Both the position numbers and the translations under genes were made by a program. The notes under the pieces are model-generated. The model did not search any database. It worked only from the letters and a program-made list of their open reading frames with translations, and had not been told where the DNA came from. From Octopus vulgaris (Eukaryota): DNA of 64,000 nt. Below, piece by piece: positions 1 to 13,500 of the stretch (the first letter of the stretch is position 1; each line of letters begins with the position of its first letter). The DNA lies in NCBI GenBank assembly GCA_951406725.2, contig OX597817.1, positions 59,396,001 to 59,460,000 on the forward strand. Direction: 5' to 3'.

Positions 1-73
1 GATATTTATCAATTAGAACCAGTGGTCTAGCATATTAAAGAAAGAATCCGAAGATTAAAATATTTATATATAC

Positions 74-111
<38 letters not shown>

Positions 112-782
112 TATATATAATACCAAAGGGTGTACATGTGATCAAGGACATTTAAGAAGCAATGCCTTTTAAAGAAAGTTCTTTGTTTTGTCTCGAGCTG
201 CAGACACTCCCTTGTTTACCTCACTGAGATAAATGTAAGGAACCAGTAACAAAACTGTGAGAAGCTTGTAACGAATGACACCTGGGTTCACAAATTGTAA
301 TAAGTTTTGTTTTGTCTTTTTAAATCTTCAAATAATGCTGTTTGCATGTTTTCTCACATTCTCTCATATTTCATGAACAGAATAATTTATTTCCTGCATT
401 TCTTCACATGAATCCATTTTAAAACGTCTTTATTTAGATGACACGAGTTGTTATACAACTGGATATTTTTTTCCTCACCCCAACACTTTTATCATAAAGC
501 AGATTATGTTTGTATTTATGATGTAGTTATTTACAATACTAACTTGACTATTGTCTTTTCAGGCCGATGGTGTCCCTCAGTAATTTCTCATAGTAATCTG
601 TTCTCTAAAATGCATGTTTTCATGACTACTCTCAGTTCTTTCATTTAACATACATTTTTCCCCTTCATCTATGCTAACAGAAGTTGACTGAAGCCTCATT
701 ACTGAGGCATTCTTTTACAGTCGGATGCCCTTCCTTTCACTAATCCTGACCTGTTTTTTCAACTAAGGGATTTTATTTTTTA

Positions 783-1178
783 CTAGCAGTAATGCCCAGC
801 ATTGCTCAGGTTTGTTTCAACCCTTTAGAATTGGAATTTTCGAAAAGTAAAAAATTTGCATTATGTAGCTTGTTATTCTCTTTAAGTGAACATTTTTCTG
901 GTTGAAATACACTGAAAAATGGCGACACAGCAGTAAAAAAAAATCGTAAAAAATAGGGATTTTCATAGTAAAAAAGCACTTTTGATGTAAATAATTTTTG
1001 GTGTTAACATGGTCTAATTTGAATTTTTTCTTCTACGAAAGGAAGAGCAAGCCTTCTTCTATCATACTCTCAATTTTGGTCAACTTGCGCTGCAGTGTCT
1101 CGGAGGAGATGGTGTTAGTTGAAGGCTACCAAACCTGCCATATACAGACAACTTCAGCTTTATACATATATAGAGAGA
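783..1178 (-). mobile_element. Non-autonomous Helitron
   Basis: On the minus strand: 5'-TCTCTCTATATA...subterminal hairpin (CCTGAGCAATGCTGGG)...CTAG-3', inserted between A and T with no TSD. Closely similar copies at 34226 and 57467. Confidence 0.8.
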
Positions 1179-2512
1179 TTCCACAAGTATGGTTGTGTGG
1201 TTAAGAAGCTTGCTTTGCAATCACGAGGTTTCAGGTTCTGTCCTACTATGTGATACCTTAGGCAAGTGTATTTTACTATAGCCTCAGGTCGACCAACGCC
1301 TTGTGAGTGAATATGGGAGACAAAAGCTGTATGGAGGCCTTCCACATATATGCAGGTGTCTTTGTATTTATGTATGCCCCCTCCCTCGCACCTCCTGGCA
1401 ATCGGTGTTGGTTTGTTTACATCCCCATGGCATTAGCAGTTTTGGCAAAAGAGACTGAGAGATTAGGTATCAGACTTACTAATGTAAGTAGATGGGGGTT
1501 GATTTGCTTGATTAATACCTTCTGAGGTGGTGCTCCACAATGGCCGCAATCCACTGACTGGAACAAGTGAAAGATGCAAAAAATAGATTGTCTTCAAATA
1601 TGTGGAAAGTAAGTGGGCAATTTGTGAACAGGAAGCATCAACGTAACACCTCCACATTTGTTAAGAAGTGGCTTTGGGGAGAGAAAACCATGCAAAATGA
1701 AAACACAAGCAGATACACATGCATGGACTGATACATACACATCATGTGTGGTAAGTGCTACATATTTCGTTTTTGCATTTAAGAGTCAAGACTATTGAAA
1801 AGGTTGCAAGATGCAACGAAAATTTTAGGACAATAAAAATAAGAAAAAAGTGGAAATTTTACCGGTGAGTGTGTTACATTATAAGCCACAAAAAGAAAAT
1901 GACTCTCCCCAGACACAACAGAAAGTGCTACATAGTTCAGCTGAATGAGCAGTTGGGAAGCAGACTTCTTAACCACATAACCTAGGTGAAATGCCTAGCG
2001 GTATTTCGCCTGCCGCTACATTCTGAGTTCAAATTCCGCCGAGGTCGACTTTGCCTTTCATCCTTTTGGGGTCAATTAAATAAGTACCAGTTATGCACTG
2101 GGGTCGAGGTGATCGACTTAATCCGTTTGTCTGTCCTTGTTTGTCCTCTCTGTGTTTAGCCCCTTGTGGGTAGTAAAGAAATAGGTACTTATTTAACTGA
2201 CTCCAAAAGGATGAATGGCAAAGTTGACCTCAGCGGAATTTGAACTCAGAACGTAGCGGCAGACGAAATACCACTAAGCATTTCGCCTGGCATGCCAATG
2301 TTTCTGCCAGCTCGCCGCCTTCATGGCATTGTATATCTACATGCTTCTTCTCATTAACATGACAACAACTACATAAAAAAGAACGTTATTAAACCTCATA
2401 AGTCAGCTAAATATGGTGGTTATTGATGACGTAATTTTTGATTGAAAGTTTTCAATGTGTAAATAATGTTTATTAGTCTGTGATTTTTGTGGTTTTATTT
2501 TTTGATCGACAG

Positions 2513-2692
2513 CTATGAAAAGGAATTAACTCTGCCACAGTTACCAGAAATGGTATTTGCTGACAATATTCTCAGACTGGAACATAATGATGGCTTTGGA
2601 TTAGAATTTAATGCTTTGGATGCTCTAAAATGCGTCGATGCTGAACACGATCTGCTTCAAGTTGCTGCATCCCAAGTTTGGAAGAATGCCAG
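2513..2692 (+). CDS. TIPRL: TIPRL exon (180 nt, phase 2/2)
   Basis: gacag|CTATGAA...GCCAG|gtaaat; encodes [25 protein letters not shown]. Confidence 0.93.
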
Positions 2693-5600
2693 GTAAATAT
2701 ATTCTTGTTTATTTTATGTTCTTTTTTCCAAACACATTCCTCTGGAGGACCATATTAACCCATTCGTGCCGAAATTTTTCTAGTGAATGAAATTGCCTGA
2801 AAATTCACAAATAATATTATTTTGACCTAAATAACAATTGAAAAAAATTTCATTGAAATCCGTTTGATACAGACTGCATACGTGTTAAGAACATGTTTCA
2901 TTCTTTGATACAGATCATACACAAATCACAATTTGTATCAAGTATTTGTTTTATACCCTTATAAATTAAGGGTCAGTTTAAACAGACGTTCGGCATGAAT
3001 GGGTTAAGGAGGCAAACAAGAGGAAGAGATCAAAATATGCTGAACGGGTCGAATTATGCTGTAACTATGGGTGGGAAGCAAGATGTGATCCCATTGAGAT
3101 AAAACACAGCAGGTTCCCAGGTCAGTTACCCTCTAAAACCTCCAGCATGGTGGGCATCATAGGACATTAGGAAAAAGGCCATCATGTTGGCTGTTGAGGT
3201 TATAGAGGTTACTTCAGGGTGACTGTTGATAAGGTGTGAACCCTGGATGAGCTAGTGTAAATTGGATATGGTTTGGGGTTTGATCAACCCAGTCTGGGCA
3301 GGAATGCCTGATTACTGACTTCAAATTTTGTCACAAGGCCAGTACTATTGGTGGGGGAGGTGGAAATCAATTACATCGACCCCAGTGCTTGACTGGTCCT
3401 TATTTTATTGACCCCAAAAGGATGAAAGGCAAAGCAGGCCTCAGAATGTAAAGACAGACAAAAAGCTGCTCTTCGTTTTGCTTGGCATGCTAATTACTCT
3501 GCTTGCTCGTTACCTGAGGGTGTCTGATTATTGAAAGACTCACACACCCTGAGTAACACCAGGTAACATCACCGATGATGTGTCCAGGATCATCTCACGA
3601 GGGTGTACGAGAAGATTGCTTGTTAGACAACCTGGTGTGATCATTTCAGTGAACCAAGTTTTAATTTCCACTTGGAACCAGTTCACATTTGTTACCATAA
3701 CTACTGCTATTGGAAAAGGCATGAATGTCACAATGCTCTAACAAATCAAAATCTGTAGATGTATGTTCAACTTCCTGTAACTTGAAGGCAGATCTTCCCC
3801 ACCTCTCCTTTCCCAACTAGAGTACCTATATATCTCTTCTACCCCAACACACCTGTTTCTTTCCCTTCTATCATACTTTACCCTCTCATCCCCTGGCAAA
3901 AAACCACTTCCTTGAATACTGTTCCCCCCCTGCAGTTGAGGGGTCTTGTCTTGCAAGTTACTTGGTGACTTCACTGTATGTGTGTGTGTGCATGTGTGTG
4001 TGTGTGCGTGCATGTGTGTGTGTGTGCGTGCATGTGTGTGTGTGTTGTGAATCAATGACAAGTGTATGTGTTTGTGTCCTTTGTTTTGACATTGCACAAT
4101 AATTGTAAATGAGTGTCACTGTCATACAAGCAGGGTCATGTATTCATTTCCCTTATTATGCAGAAACATGTCTGGCCAAGGGGGGGAAATATTACCTTGT
4201 TTGGAAACAGGTAAAGGTTGGTGACAGGAAGGGCATCCAGCTGTAGAAAATCTGCCTCTATAGACTCTGCAAACATGGGAAAGAGGACATTAAAACGAAG
4301 GCAAAGGGAACGACAACACATGCTGCAGGAATTGTTGTAATTAGTTTGTATTTTAGGCATTTTTTCCATTTCTTGTATTTATAGAAATTTCAGAATAGAT
4401 TCTTTATTGTCTCTTTAGATCTGATTGCGAATACATCAAACAAGCCCTGAAACCTTTTGATTGGACATTCACTACAGATTACAAAGGATCACTTTTCTCA
4501 AAAGACAGTAATTTAGCAATTAGTGTAAGTATATAATTTCATTAAACTCTTTTTTGTTTTTCCGGTGGTTTAACTCTTTAGTATTCAAGCTATTCAAGCG
4601 TGATCGTTACCAGCGTCGCCTTACTGGCACCTGTGCCGGTGGTATGTGTAAAAAGATTCGAGCGTGATCATTACCAACGTCGCCTTACTGGCACCTGTGC
4701 CAGTGGCATGTGTAAAAAGATTCGAGCGAGATGATTGCCAGTGCTGCCTGACTGGCCCCCGTGTCGGTGGCACATAAAAGCACCCACTACACTCTCGGAG
4801 TGGTTGGCGTTAGGAAGGGCATTCAGCTGTAGAAACTCTGCCAGATCAAGACTGGAGCCATGGTGCAGCCATCTGGTTCGCTAGCCCTCAGTCAAACCGT
4901 CCAACCCATGCTAGCATGGAAAGCAGACATTAAACAATGATGATGATGATGATTCATTCATGCACCCATCTTCACCCACTGTTCCTGAGAGGGTCGTGTG
5001 AGTAGAGTCCTCTTTAGATCTCCTGCCAGTTGGCTCAGCTTGAAGAATCTATCTTGTGGTTCTTGTGATATTCTTATCACACAGTACCAGAGCTGTGACC
5101 TCTCAATGCAGAGATGTGGTGGCTCCACCTGGAGAGACCTATGTCATCATCATCATCATCATCATCGTTTAACGTCCGTTTTTCATGCTGGCATGGGTTG
5201 GACAGTTCGACCAGGGTCTGGGAAGCCAGGAGGCCGCACCAGGCTCCAGTCTTATCTGACAGTGTTTCTACAGCTGGATGCCCCTCCTAACGCCAACCAC
5301 TCCAAGAGTGTAGTGGGTGCTTTTTACGTGCCACCAGCACAGGAGCCAGAGGAGGCTGGCAACAGTCACAATCTCTTGGTGATTTTTATGTGCCACCAGC
5401 ACAGGTGCCAGAGGAGGCTTGCAACAGCCACGATCGGTTGTTGCTTTTTACGTGCCACCAGCACAGGGGCCAGAGGAGGCTGGAAACATCCACGATCGGT
5501 TGATGCTTTTTACGTGCCACCAGCACAGGGGCCAGAGGAGACTGGCAACAGTCACAATCGATTGGTGCTTTTTATGTGCCACTGGCACAGGGATCGCAAC

Positions 5601-8600
5601 TACAATTTCCATTTGATTTTCATGTTAAATATAAAGCAGTGACATTTTTTTTTCCGTTTCTCATCAATCCAGGTGATACCAACATCAGAACGAATTAATC
5701 TGGAGAAACTAAAGCAACGTGAAAAGATTTTGTTCTATCAGGATATCCTGTTATTTGAAGATGAACTTGCCGATAATGGTGCTTCTAAACTGAGTGTGAA
5801 AATAGTGAGTGTTTATTTTAGTTTTTCTTTACTTCACTGAACCCTTTTTTCAACCCCTTCATTGCCATATTTCTGTCGAAATACCCTGTTTGTGTTTCAA
5901 TTAATCTTGAAAATGATGAAGAATTTGCTAAAATAACTTTGTCGTTCTTAAGCTGGTGTTTGGCTAATAATCAATGTGAAATTTTTATGGGAAATTTTAA
6001 TTTGGATAATTTTAAAACAGAAAGTTTTTAACACTGAACTGGAGGTGGTCGCAGGTGGATTGGCATCAAAAGGCTTCTACAAACGCATTGTACAAGGATG
6101 TTTGTAGTTGTTATATAGACCCCAGGTCACCTCTAACTGAGCAAACCTATAAATGAAGGCATTCCATCCATGACCATGTCATCTTTTTGGAGGTATCTAA
6201 CATATTTGTAGGGTGATTTGAGGGAGATTTAGCTGGTATTTCTAGCAGATTGAATTCATTATCTTGGTAATGATGGAACTGCTGGAGCTGAAGGCTGTAA
6301 TGACAGGCTGAGATGAGGAAATTTAAGCAAAAGGAACTCAATACACACATCATTATTTAACGTCCACTTTTCCATGCCTGCATGGGTCAGACAGAATTTT
6401 TTGAGGGAGTTTTTTCATGGCTGGATGCTTTTCTTGTCACCAACCATCACCTGTTTCCAAGTAGGGAGAAATATTTCTCCATAGTTGGATATAGCTTTTC
6501 ACAGGAAGCTGAAAACAAACAACCCCACTTGTTTGACAGTGATGCTCATTTACAACCATCATGTGATGTGCACATGCACACACACACACACACCTACTAA
6601 ATTCACTCACAGTCTTTGATCAGCCCAGGACTATAGTAGAAGACCACATGGTTGGGAAGAAAACTTAACCGCATAACCATGCCTGCAACTGAAAATTCGT
6701 TAGCGTGGTTTCCTTAAGAAATTATCCTGTTTGGTTCTAATTAGTTTTTTCCTTAAAACAATTGAAATTCTCTAAGATTTTCCCGTCTCCTAAAACTGAC
6801 TTAATGGTTGATGTCTGTCTTTCAGCGTGTGATGCCATCTGGTGTGTTTATATTGCTGCGATTCTTCTTGCGTGTTGACAATGTGTTGGTCCGGATAAAT
6901 GATACTCGACTCTACCACGAGGTGAGTCTATTTTAAACTTTTATTACAAACAATGGTGGTATATAGGGTGAGTCTACTTTAGAAATAAGTCACTGCCGCT
7001 AATTAATGTATGAGAGAGAGAGAGAGACTCAGTGTGCCATCATCATCATCGTTTAACATCTGCTTTCTATGCTGGCATGGGTTGGACGGTTTGACTGAGG
7101 TCTGGAGAGCCAGCAGCTACACCAGGCTCTAATCTGATCTGACAAGGTTTCTACAGCTGGATGCCCTTCCTAATGCCAACCACTCTGAGAGTGTAGTGGA
7201 TGCTTTTTACATGTCACCGGCACAGGAGCCTGCTAAGTGGGCCTGGCATCGATCACGTTTGAATAGTGCTTTTTACATGCCACCGGCACAGGGGCCAGTC
7301 AGTGGGTACTGGCATTGGCCACAATCGGATGGTACTTTTTTACATGCTGCCGGCACAGGAAGTACTGGCATTGGCCATGTTCGGATGGTGCTTTTTACGT
7401 ACCACCGGCACAAGAGCCAGTCAATGGGTACTGGCATCGGTCACAATTGGATGGTACTTTTTACATGCCACCGGCACAGGAGCCAGTCAGGGAGTAGTGG
7501 CACTGTCCACATTTGGATGGTGCTTTTTATGTGTCACTGGCACAAGAGCCAGTCAGAGTATGTGTGTGTGTAAAAATTTCTTGATAACTCATCATTATAC
7601 ATACATAACCTGATAGTCTACTGCGTTTTAAATACCTTGAAAGGGTGTTTGGAGGCAACTATTAAAGGGTGTTTGGGGGAACTTCTATATAAAGTGGTGA
7701 GTTTGAAGAAAGGGAAATGGTATGGATGGGTAAGTTTGTGGGAGTGTGAGAGGTGAGTGACAGATGGGGATAGAGGGAGGTGCAGTGAATATCATGAATA
7801 TTTGTTGGAGGAGAAGGTGGAGGGACTACGTGTGTGTCCGGGTGGTAATAGGTGGTAGCACAGCTGATGTGAAGTGTGCGGGGGTGGGGTGCCAGGAAGT
7901 ATATTGTAACAAGTCTTGGTAATTACCCTTTCAGGCTGGAACCGATTTTCTTCTTCGAGAATACTCAAGCCGAGATAATGAAGTGTGTGATATCAAAGTA
8001 AGTAAATGGAGATTTTTTTTTTCCGCCAATAATCAGTTTATCTTTTATTTGTTTCAGTCATTCGACCGTGTCCATGCTGGGGCACTGTTTTGAAGGGTTT
8101 TACTTGAGCAAATCAACCCCGGTACTTATCTTAAATCTTGGCCTAACCGCTAAGCTATGAGGATATAAACAAACCAACAGCAATAGTGGGAGACCAAGCT
8201 ACACAGATATATATGTGGGTGTGTGTGACAGGCTTTCACTCAGTTTCTGTCTACCAGATCCACTCTCCAGGTATTGTTGACCTGGGGCTACAGTAGAAGG
8301 CACGTGCCCAAGGTGCTACACAGTGTGGAACTGAACTCAGAAACATGTGGTTGCAAAATGGGTTTCTTAACTTCTTATTAATAAATGAAACTATTTGAAG
8401 ATGAGGATATTTAGTCTACCTACATCCATAGTTATAATCATGTGATCAACTAGAATATTGACTGTTATACATTACTAATCACAATGCATTTCTCATTGGT
8501 TCAGCTTTGAAATGATGCTACCCTTGGGTGACCAGGCCAGCTTTTCCTTTTATCAGAAGGCTACTCTATTGCATTGGTACCTGTTTACAGCTTAGTGGAC

Positions 8601-11130
8601 TGAAACACTGTGAAATGAAGTGTTTTGCTCAAGAACACAATGCACAGCCAGTCTGGGAATTGAAACCATGAACTCACAATCGTTGTACTCACACGCTTAA
8701 CCTCTAAGCCATGCGTCTTCACCCATAGTTATAACACCATTGTAAAATACATTCAGTTAATGTTATTACATAAGATTTCAGCTAAAACGTTTGAGAGAGC
8801 ATTTCTATGGCCAGAGTCTGTTCCTGGGCCACAAACCCATCACTGTTTGTCAGGTAAGACATCCTTTTGTTCTACTCTTCCACTCACCTTCAGAAGAGGA
8901 GATTGGTTGATGAGGATGATGGCAAATGGCGATGTGAACACCATAACACTTTCATTCAGAGAGTGACAAGCTAAGCTGTAAAATGTTGATGTTTATGCAT
9001 ATACATGCATCATCATCATCATTAAATATCCATTCTCCATGTTGGTATGGGTTGGAGAGAAATGATGCTAGGGTTTGTCTGGGATCATTTTTGCCCAACC
9101 CATGCTCACTTGAAGATCAGACTGTGTGATAGGGTTTCAACAAATAGTATAGCACTTGGTCAGTTAAGAGAGTAAATCCTCAAGTCTTGTTTAAATACAG
9201 CTACCCAGAGTTTCCTCGTCAAATATTAATTTATTTCACTATTTCCCAAGTTGATAACAAGAAGAAAAAAAACAAGACAGTTTGTTGACTGCATTCAAAG
9301 CAGTTGATGTTTGAATGGGAATGCTCATACCGTAAAAGACAAAGAAATGTGTAATGGTCATTATAACATGAGTTATCTCCCATGTGTTTCCTTTTTTTTT
9401 TTTTTTTTTTTGGAGATATATATATATAGACGCAATGAGTTTCCATCTACTAATTCCTTTCACAAGTTGTTGGACTAGGGCTATAGCAAAAGGCACTTTC
9501 TCAGGGGATTGTACAATGGGGCTGAACCCAAAACCATGTGGTTGGGAGGGGACCCACTTTACTACACTGCCATATCTGCACCCAGAGTAAATATAAAGGA
9601 TGATGAACCTGGTTGGAGGGAATAAGATGAATAGTATTAGTCATTCTAATATGACTAGTATTAATCATCCTCTTGAAAATATTATTGCTGTTGGAAACTG
9701 TTGTGTCAGACTCCCCCTGGTGAGAAGTGGACTGGTCCACTACTAAAAAATAGTGGACTGACACAGTCAGTAAAGTCAGTCAGCGAGATACACTGTTGGT
9801 CAAGCTGCTGCTTCTTGCTGCATTGAAGTTATTTTGTCTTCCTACAAAGGGCATAGGCTTTTTTCTCTACGTTGACACATCATCATCATCATCATCGTTT
9901 AACGTCTGTTTTCCATGCTGGCATGGCTTGGACGGTTCGACCGGGGTCTGGGAAGCCAGGAGGCTGCACCGGGCTCCAATCTTGATCTGGCAGAGTTTCT
10001 ACAGCTGGATGCCCTTCCTAACGCCAACCATTTGTACTACAGAGCCAGAGCCAGTTTCAGCCAGGTTGGTAATGAAAGGGTTAAAATACTCAGGTAGATT
10101 AGGGTGAAGAAGCTGTGTCGTTGAGGGTCAACATCTGCATATCATCATCATCATCATTATTTTATGCCAGCAGGGATTGAAAATTTTGTTTCCAACTTAG
10201 AAAAGACAGAAAACCAGCACATCCAATTCAGAAGTTTCATTTGGCAACAGTTCTACAGTTGGATGCCCTTCCTGATACCAATCACTTAATCAGTTGCCCA
10301 ATTTAACACTACTATTTTGCTCCTTGATGCTATTATCAGAGTTTATGGGTCTCCTTCCTCCTTCCCAGAGTCCCTACAGAGGGCCATGAACACTGTCTTT
10401 CCTCCAGATTAAAGATTAACCGATTAGCAATCAGATTATTCTGCCAAATGTGATGCTTATTAATTCACTTTGTTTTGAATTAATCTTGGCTTATCTCATA
10501 GCTTTGACATGTCAATGATGTGACTGTTTATTTTTAGAATGATATTGCAGGGTAGGTGTGAGAGGCCAGATCTGGCTGGTTTGAACACAGAAACACAAAA
10601 CAGGTGGAATTCTAGGCTGGATGCACCCATTTTAAATGCTGCAAGCTTAAAGATTGCAAAAACGGTTTGTTGAGAATCTGAAAGAAATTCAGGAGGAATT
10701 ACAACAGTGTTTCGTGGTCTGCTACCACAACAGCTCCTTTATAGGATCCAGTTAGCTCAAGACATCATCAGGAGGAACCACATCCGGTTTCGGCCCCTAC
10801 TCCTCTACCGTTTTGACGTGACGCATAGCGGGGCCCACCCTTTCGGAGGTGTCTTCAGCTCTGGTGTTGGGTGCATGTCTTCTTTCTTCTGTTCCCTGGC
10901 CTCTTCGATGTAGCGTCAACGAGTGTCAGTGGGCGACTGACTGAGGAATTATATGCTGTGTTTATTATTTTCAGGTGCCACCATTCGTACTCAATGACCC
11001 TAATGAGGTATGCCACTACCTGACGAAGAGAACCGAATTCTTTGAGAAACTCCATTTACCAATTAGTAGCAATCAAAGTCAGCCGGAACCCAAAGTAGAA
11101 TCTACAAATACTGAGGCAGTACTAAGGTGA
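2513..11130 (+). CDS. TIPRL: TIP41-like protein (PP2A regulator), 5'-partial spliced gene: join(2513..2692,4419..4524,5673..5804,6826..6921,7935..7997,10975..11130)
   Basis: Spliced translation [132 protein letters not shown] matches TIP41-family motifs. All introns are GT-AG and the phases are consistent. The first coding exon was not found in the window. Confidence 0.95.
2759..3003. mobile_element. piggyBac-type MITE
   Basis: TTAA|CCCATTCGTGCCGAA ... TTCGGCATGAATGGG|TTAA; 15-bp TIR with one mismatch and a TTAA target duplication. Confidence 0.8.
4419..4524 (+). CDS. TIPRL: TIPRL exon (106 nt)
   Basis: ctttag|ATCTGAT...ATTAGT|gtaagt; encodes [15 protein letters not shown]. Confidence 0.93.
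5673..5804 (+). CDS. TIPRL: TIPRL exon (132 nt)
   Basis: ccag|GTGATA...AAAATA|gtgagt; encodes [44 protein letters not shown]. Confidence 0.94.
6826..6921 (+). CDS. TIPRL: TIPRL exon (96 nt)
   Basis: ttcag|CGTGTG...CACGAG|gtgagt; encodes [32 protein letters not shown]. Confidence 0.94.
7935..7997 (+). CDS. TIPRL: TIPRL exon (63 nt)
   Basis: ttcag|GCTGGA...ATCAAA|gtaagt; encodes [21 protein letters not shown]. Confidence 0.9.
10975..11130 (+). CDS. TIPRL: TIPRL terminal coding exon (156 nt including TGA)
   Basis: tttcag|GTGCCA...AGGTGA; encodes [29 protein letters not shown]...VLR*, similar to the C-terminus of vertebrate TIPRL (VPPSLFTEPNEI..EKLIFP). Confidence 0.88.
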   Translation: MPPFVLNDPNEVCHYLTKRTEFFEKLHLPISSNQSQPEPKVESTNTEAVLR

Positions 11131-11445
11131 TGACTATTGCAATTTGTAAAAGAACTGTTAAGGCGAGAGGTTTCTCTTGTCCAAGCAGGAAATTTTATAC
11201 ATGTTGTGAAATGAACAATAATTTAACATTGATTGACCTGAAGTTCCTATCAGAATTCTTCACCGAGCTGGGCAAACGTATATATGTTCATACATACATA
11301 CATATATGGATGAATGCACACACACGCATATTTTTTTATATTTTAATTTTTTATTTATGTGTGTTTGTATATATGTGTAAGTGCATGCATGTATGAATAT
11401 ATATGTGTGTGTCTACATAAGTAAGTGTATATATTTATCTTTGTT

Positions 11446-11483
<38 letters not shown>

Positions 11484-11668
11484 TAGATATACATGTATTT
11501 GTATATACATACATATATATTTATATGCAGACATATGCTTATGTGTGTGTATATATATATATATTCATGTGTGATTGTGTGTGTGCAGTTGTGTATATAC
11601 TCTCATCATACTTGTACTTCATTATCATCAGGATCATTTCAGTTTTTGAAATGTTTTTACAGTTGCAA

Positions 11669-11697
11669 AATAAACCACAAATAAAGAGAGAAATAAA
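11669..11697 (+). terminator. Candidate polyadenylation signals for TIPRL (three AATAAA)
   Basis: AATAAA at 11669, 11680 and 11692, about 540 nt after the stop codon, with T/GT-rich sequence downstream. Confidence 0.45.
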
Positions 11698-12219
11698 GAA
11701 AAATTGTTTCTCAAAGTATTGCATGAGGCTGTCCTTTATTTATTGTGTGTGTATTATATATATATATATAGGGCATCCAGCTGTAGAAACTGCCAGATCA
11801 AGATTGAAGCCTGGTGCAGCCATCTGGTTCGCCAGCCCTCAGTCAGATTATCCAACCCATGCTAGCATGGAAAGCGGACGTTAAACGATGATGATATATA
11901 GATAGATAGATATACATATATATATTATTGTCATCATCATCATCGTTTAACGTCTGTTTTCCATGTTGGCATGGGTTGGACAGTTTGACTGAGGCCTAGC
12001 GAGCCAGAAGGCTGCACCAGGCTCCAATCTGATCTGGCAAAGTTTCTACAGCTGGATGCCCTTCCTAACGCCAGCAACTCCAAGAGTGCAGTGGGTGCTT
12101 TTACATGCCACCAGCACAAGGGCCAGTCAGGCGGTTCTGGCAACAACCACCATTTCACCCTAGGTCTGGTTGGGACTTGCCATCCACAGATTTGGTCTGT
12201 GACACCCAGTAAGCTGTCC

Positions 12220-12700
12220 CATAGGAATTCCCAGTTGCCCTCTCTGTTACAAGTCTGTAGTTCCTCCTCCTTCTCATTAAATTTCTCAATTAGGGCATTC
12301 CTAAATCTCTGACCATCTAAAGGACCCTTCTGCTTCCAAATCCTTTTCTAGACCAGTCTGCTTCTTGGAATCCTCCTGGCCTGAAGTCTAAAGTTGCTAA
12401 CTTGTCCTTGAGGTAGCCTGCAAAAGAATATAATAAAAAACTGTCCTTTGGGGCAGAGGCAGATATATTTGTTGCTGTACTCCTCTGAATTACTAGCCTA
12501 AGCGTAGGTATTCTGTCACACACTCTGACTACCTCAATCACCTTATCCACCCATTTCTCTGCTTGAAGTATGCCTACACAACATACCCCATCACTGTTAC
12601 CGTCCCAGAATATTTTATACCTATGTTTCTTGCCAGTGAGGAACCTGGCTGAAACTTACCTCTTGAATGCAACACACATCAACACACCTCTGTTCAAGTG
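12220..12700 (-). mobile_element. RTE-clade LINE fragment (AP endonuclease region)
   Basis: YKIFWDGNSDG..EKWVDKVIEVVRVCDRIPTLRLVI..ISASAP. Confidence 0.6.
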
Positions 12701-13199
12701 GTTAGGCTGCTGTACTCATAATCACAAGATCCTGGTTTCAATTCCTTAGCCTGACACAGTGTTGTGTTTTTAAGCAAGACATTTCGTTTCACTCAGCTCT
12801 AAATGAATAACTGTGCAATGGACTGGCTTCCTGTTTGGTGGGGGTGGAAACCAGGTAAGGAGGACTCAAGACACTATCATCATCGCATCAAGTATTGATG
12901 ATGAGTTACAAATTATAAGAATTTTATGTTTTTAGTCCAAATCCCACTCTGATCACCTTTGCTTTACATTCTTCCAATGTTGACAAAATAGAGTACCATT
13001 CAAGTACATAATCTCTGATATCTCCCTCCTCACCCTTTCCTCTATTTCTCTCTCTCTCTCTCTGGCCGATCAGCACCAGTTTATCTTTATTCAAATGAGA
13101 ATGCTAGCTAGTCACAAACTTTGCTAAAGAGGAAGGTTGTTAGAATCTGGCAACCTTTTCTCTCCAAAGAAACCTATAAAAACTAATGCAGACATGGTG

Positions 13200-13500
13200 G
13201 GTGTGAATCAACTGTGTAGGGCAACATGGAACGGACTAAGGATAATGTCATTACCCAGAGATATCCCACCTTCTGAATCTTATGCTGAAATGTATGAAAG
13301 TAGTTTCAAAAGCCAATACTTAAAACAAATCCAGTTCACATTCAGATATGAAAAAAAAAGATACACCACAGCATTATCAAGCTATGTATGGGATTTAAAA
13401 GACAGTAGTATCAACAAAGTAGAAATGTCTTATCTATACACCAAAGGAACTACTACGGCAAGAAGTACTTCATCTTCACTGAAACAGCAGACACCATAAG
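13200..13500 (+). mobile_element. Penelope-like GIY-YIG fragment
   Basis: SFKSQY..FTFRYEKKRYTTALSSYVWDLKDS resembles the PLE endonuclease C-terminal region. Confidence 0.55.

Noticed and set aside
1632-1750. Possible missing TIPRL first exon (PPHLLRSG.., followed by gtaagt)
   Set aside because: It ends in phase 0 whereas the next exon needs phase 2, there is an upstream in-frame stop, and similarity to the TIP41 N-terminus is unconvincing.
5317-5600. CRISPR-like repeat-spacer appearance
   Set aside because: The 'spacers' are homologous to each other, the context is eukaryotic and there are no cas genes. It is a tandem array within a SINE.
4998-5642. 214-aa ORF with a His run (and similar ORFs at 7196, 50536 and 51508)
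   Set aside because: It is a translation of SINE family C, with its (CAT)n tail and 60-bp tandem units, inside introns.
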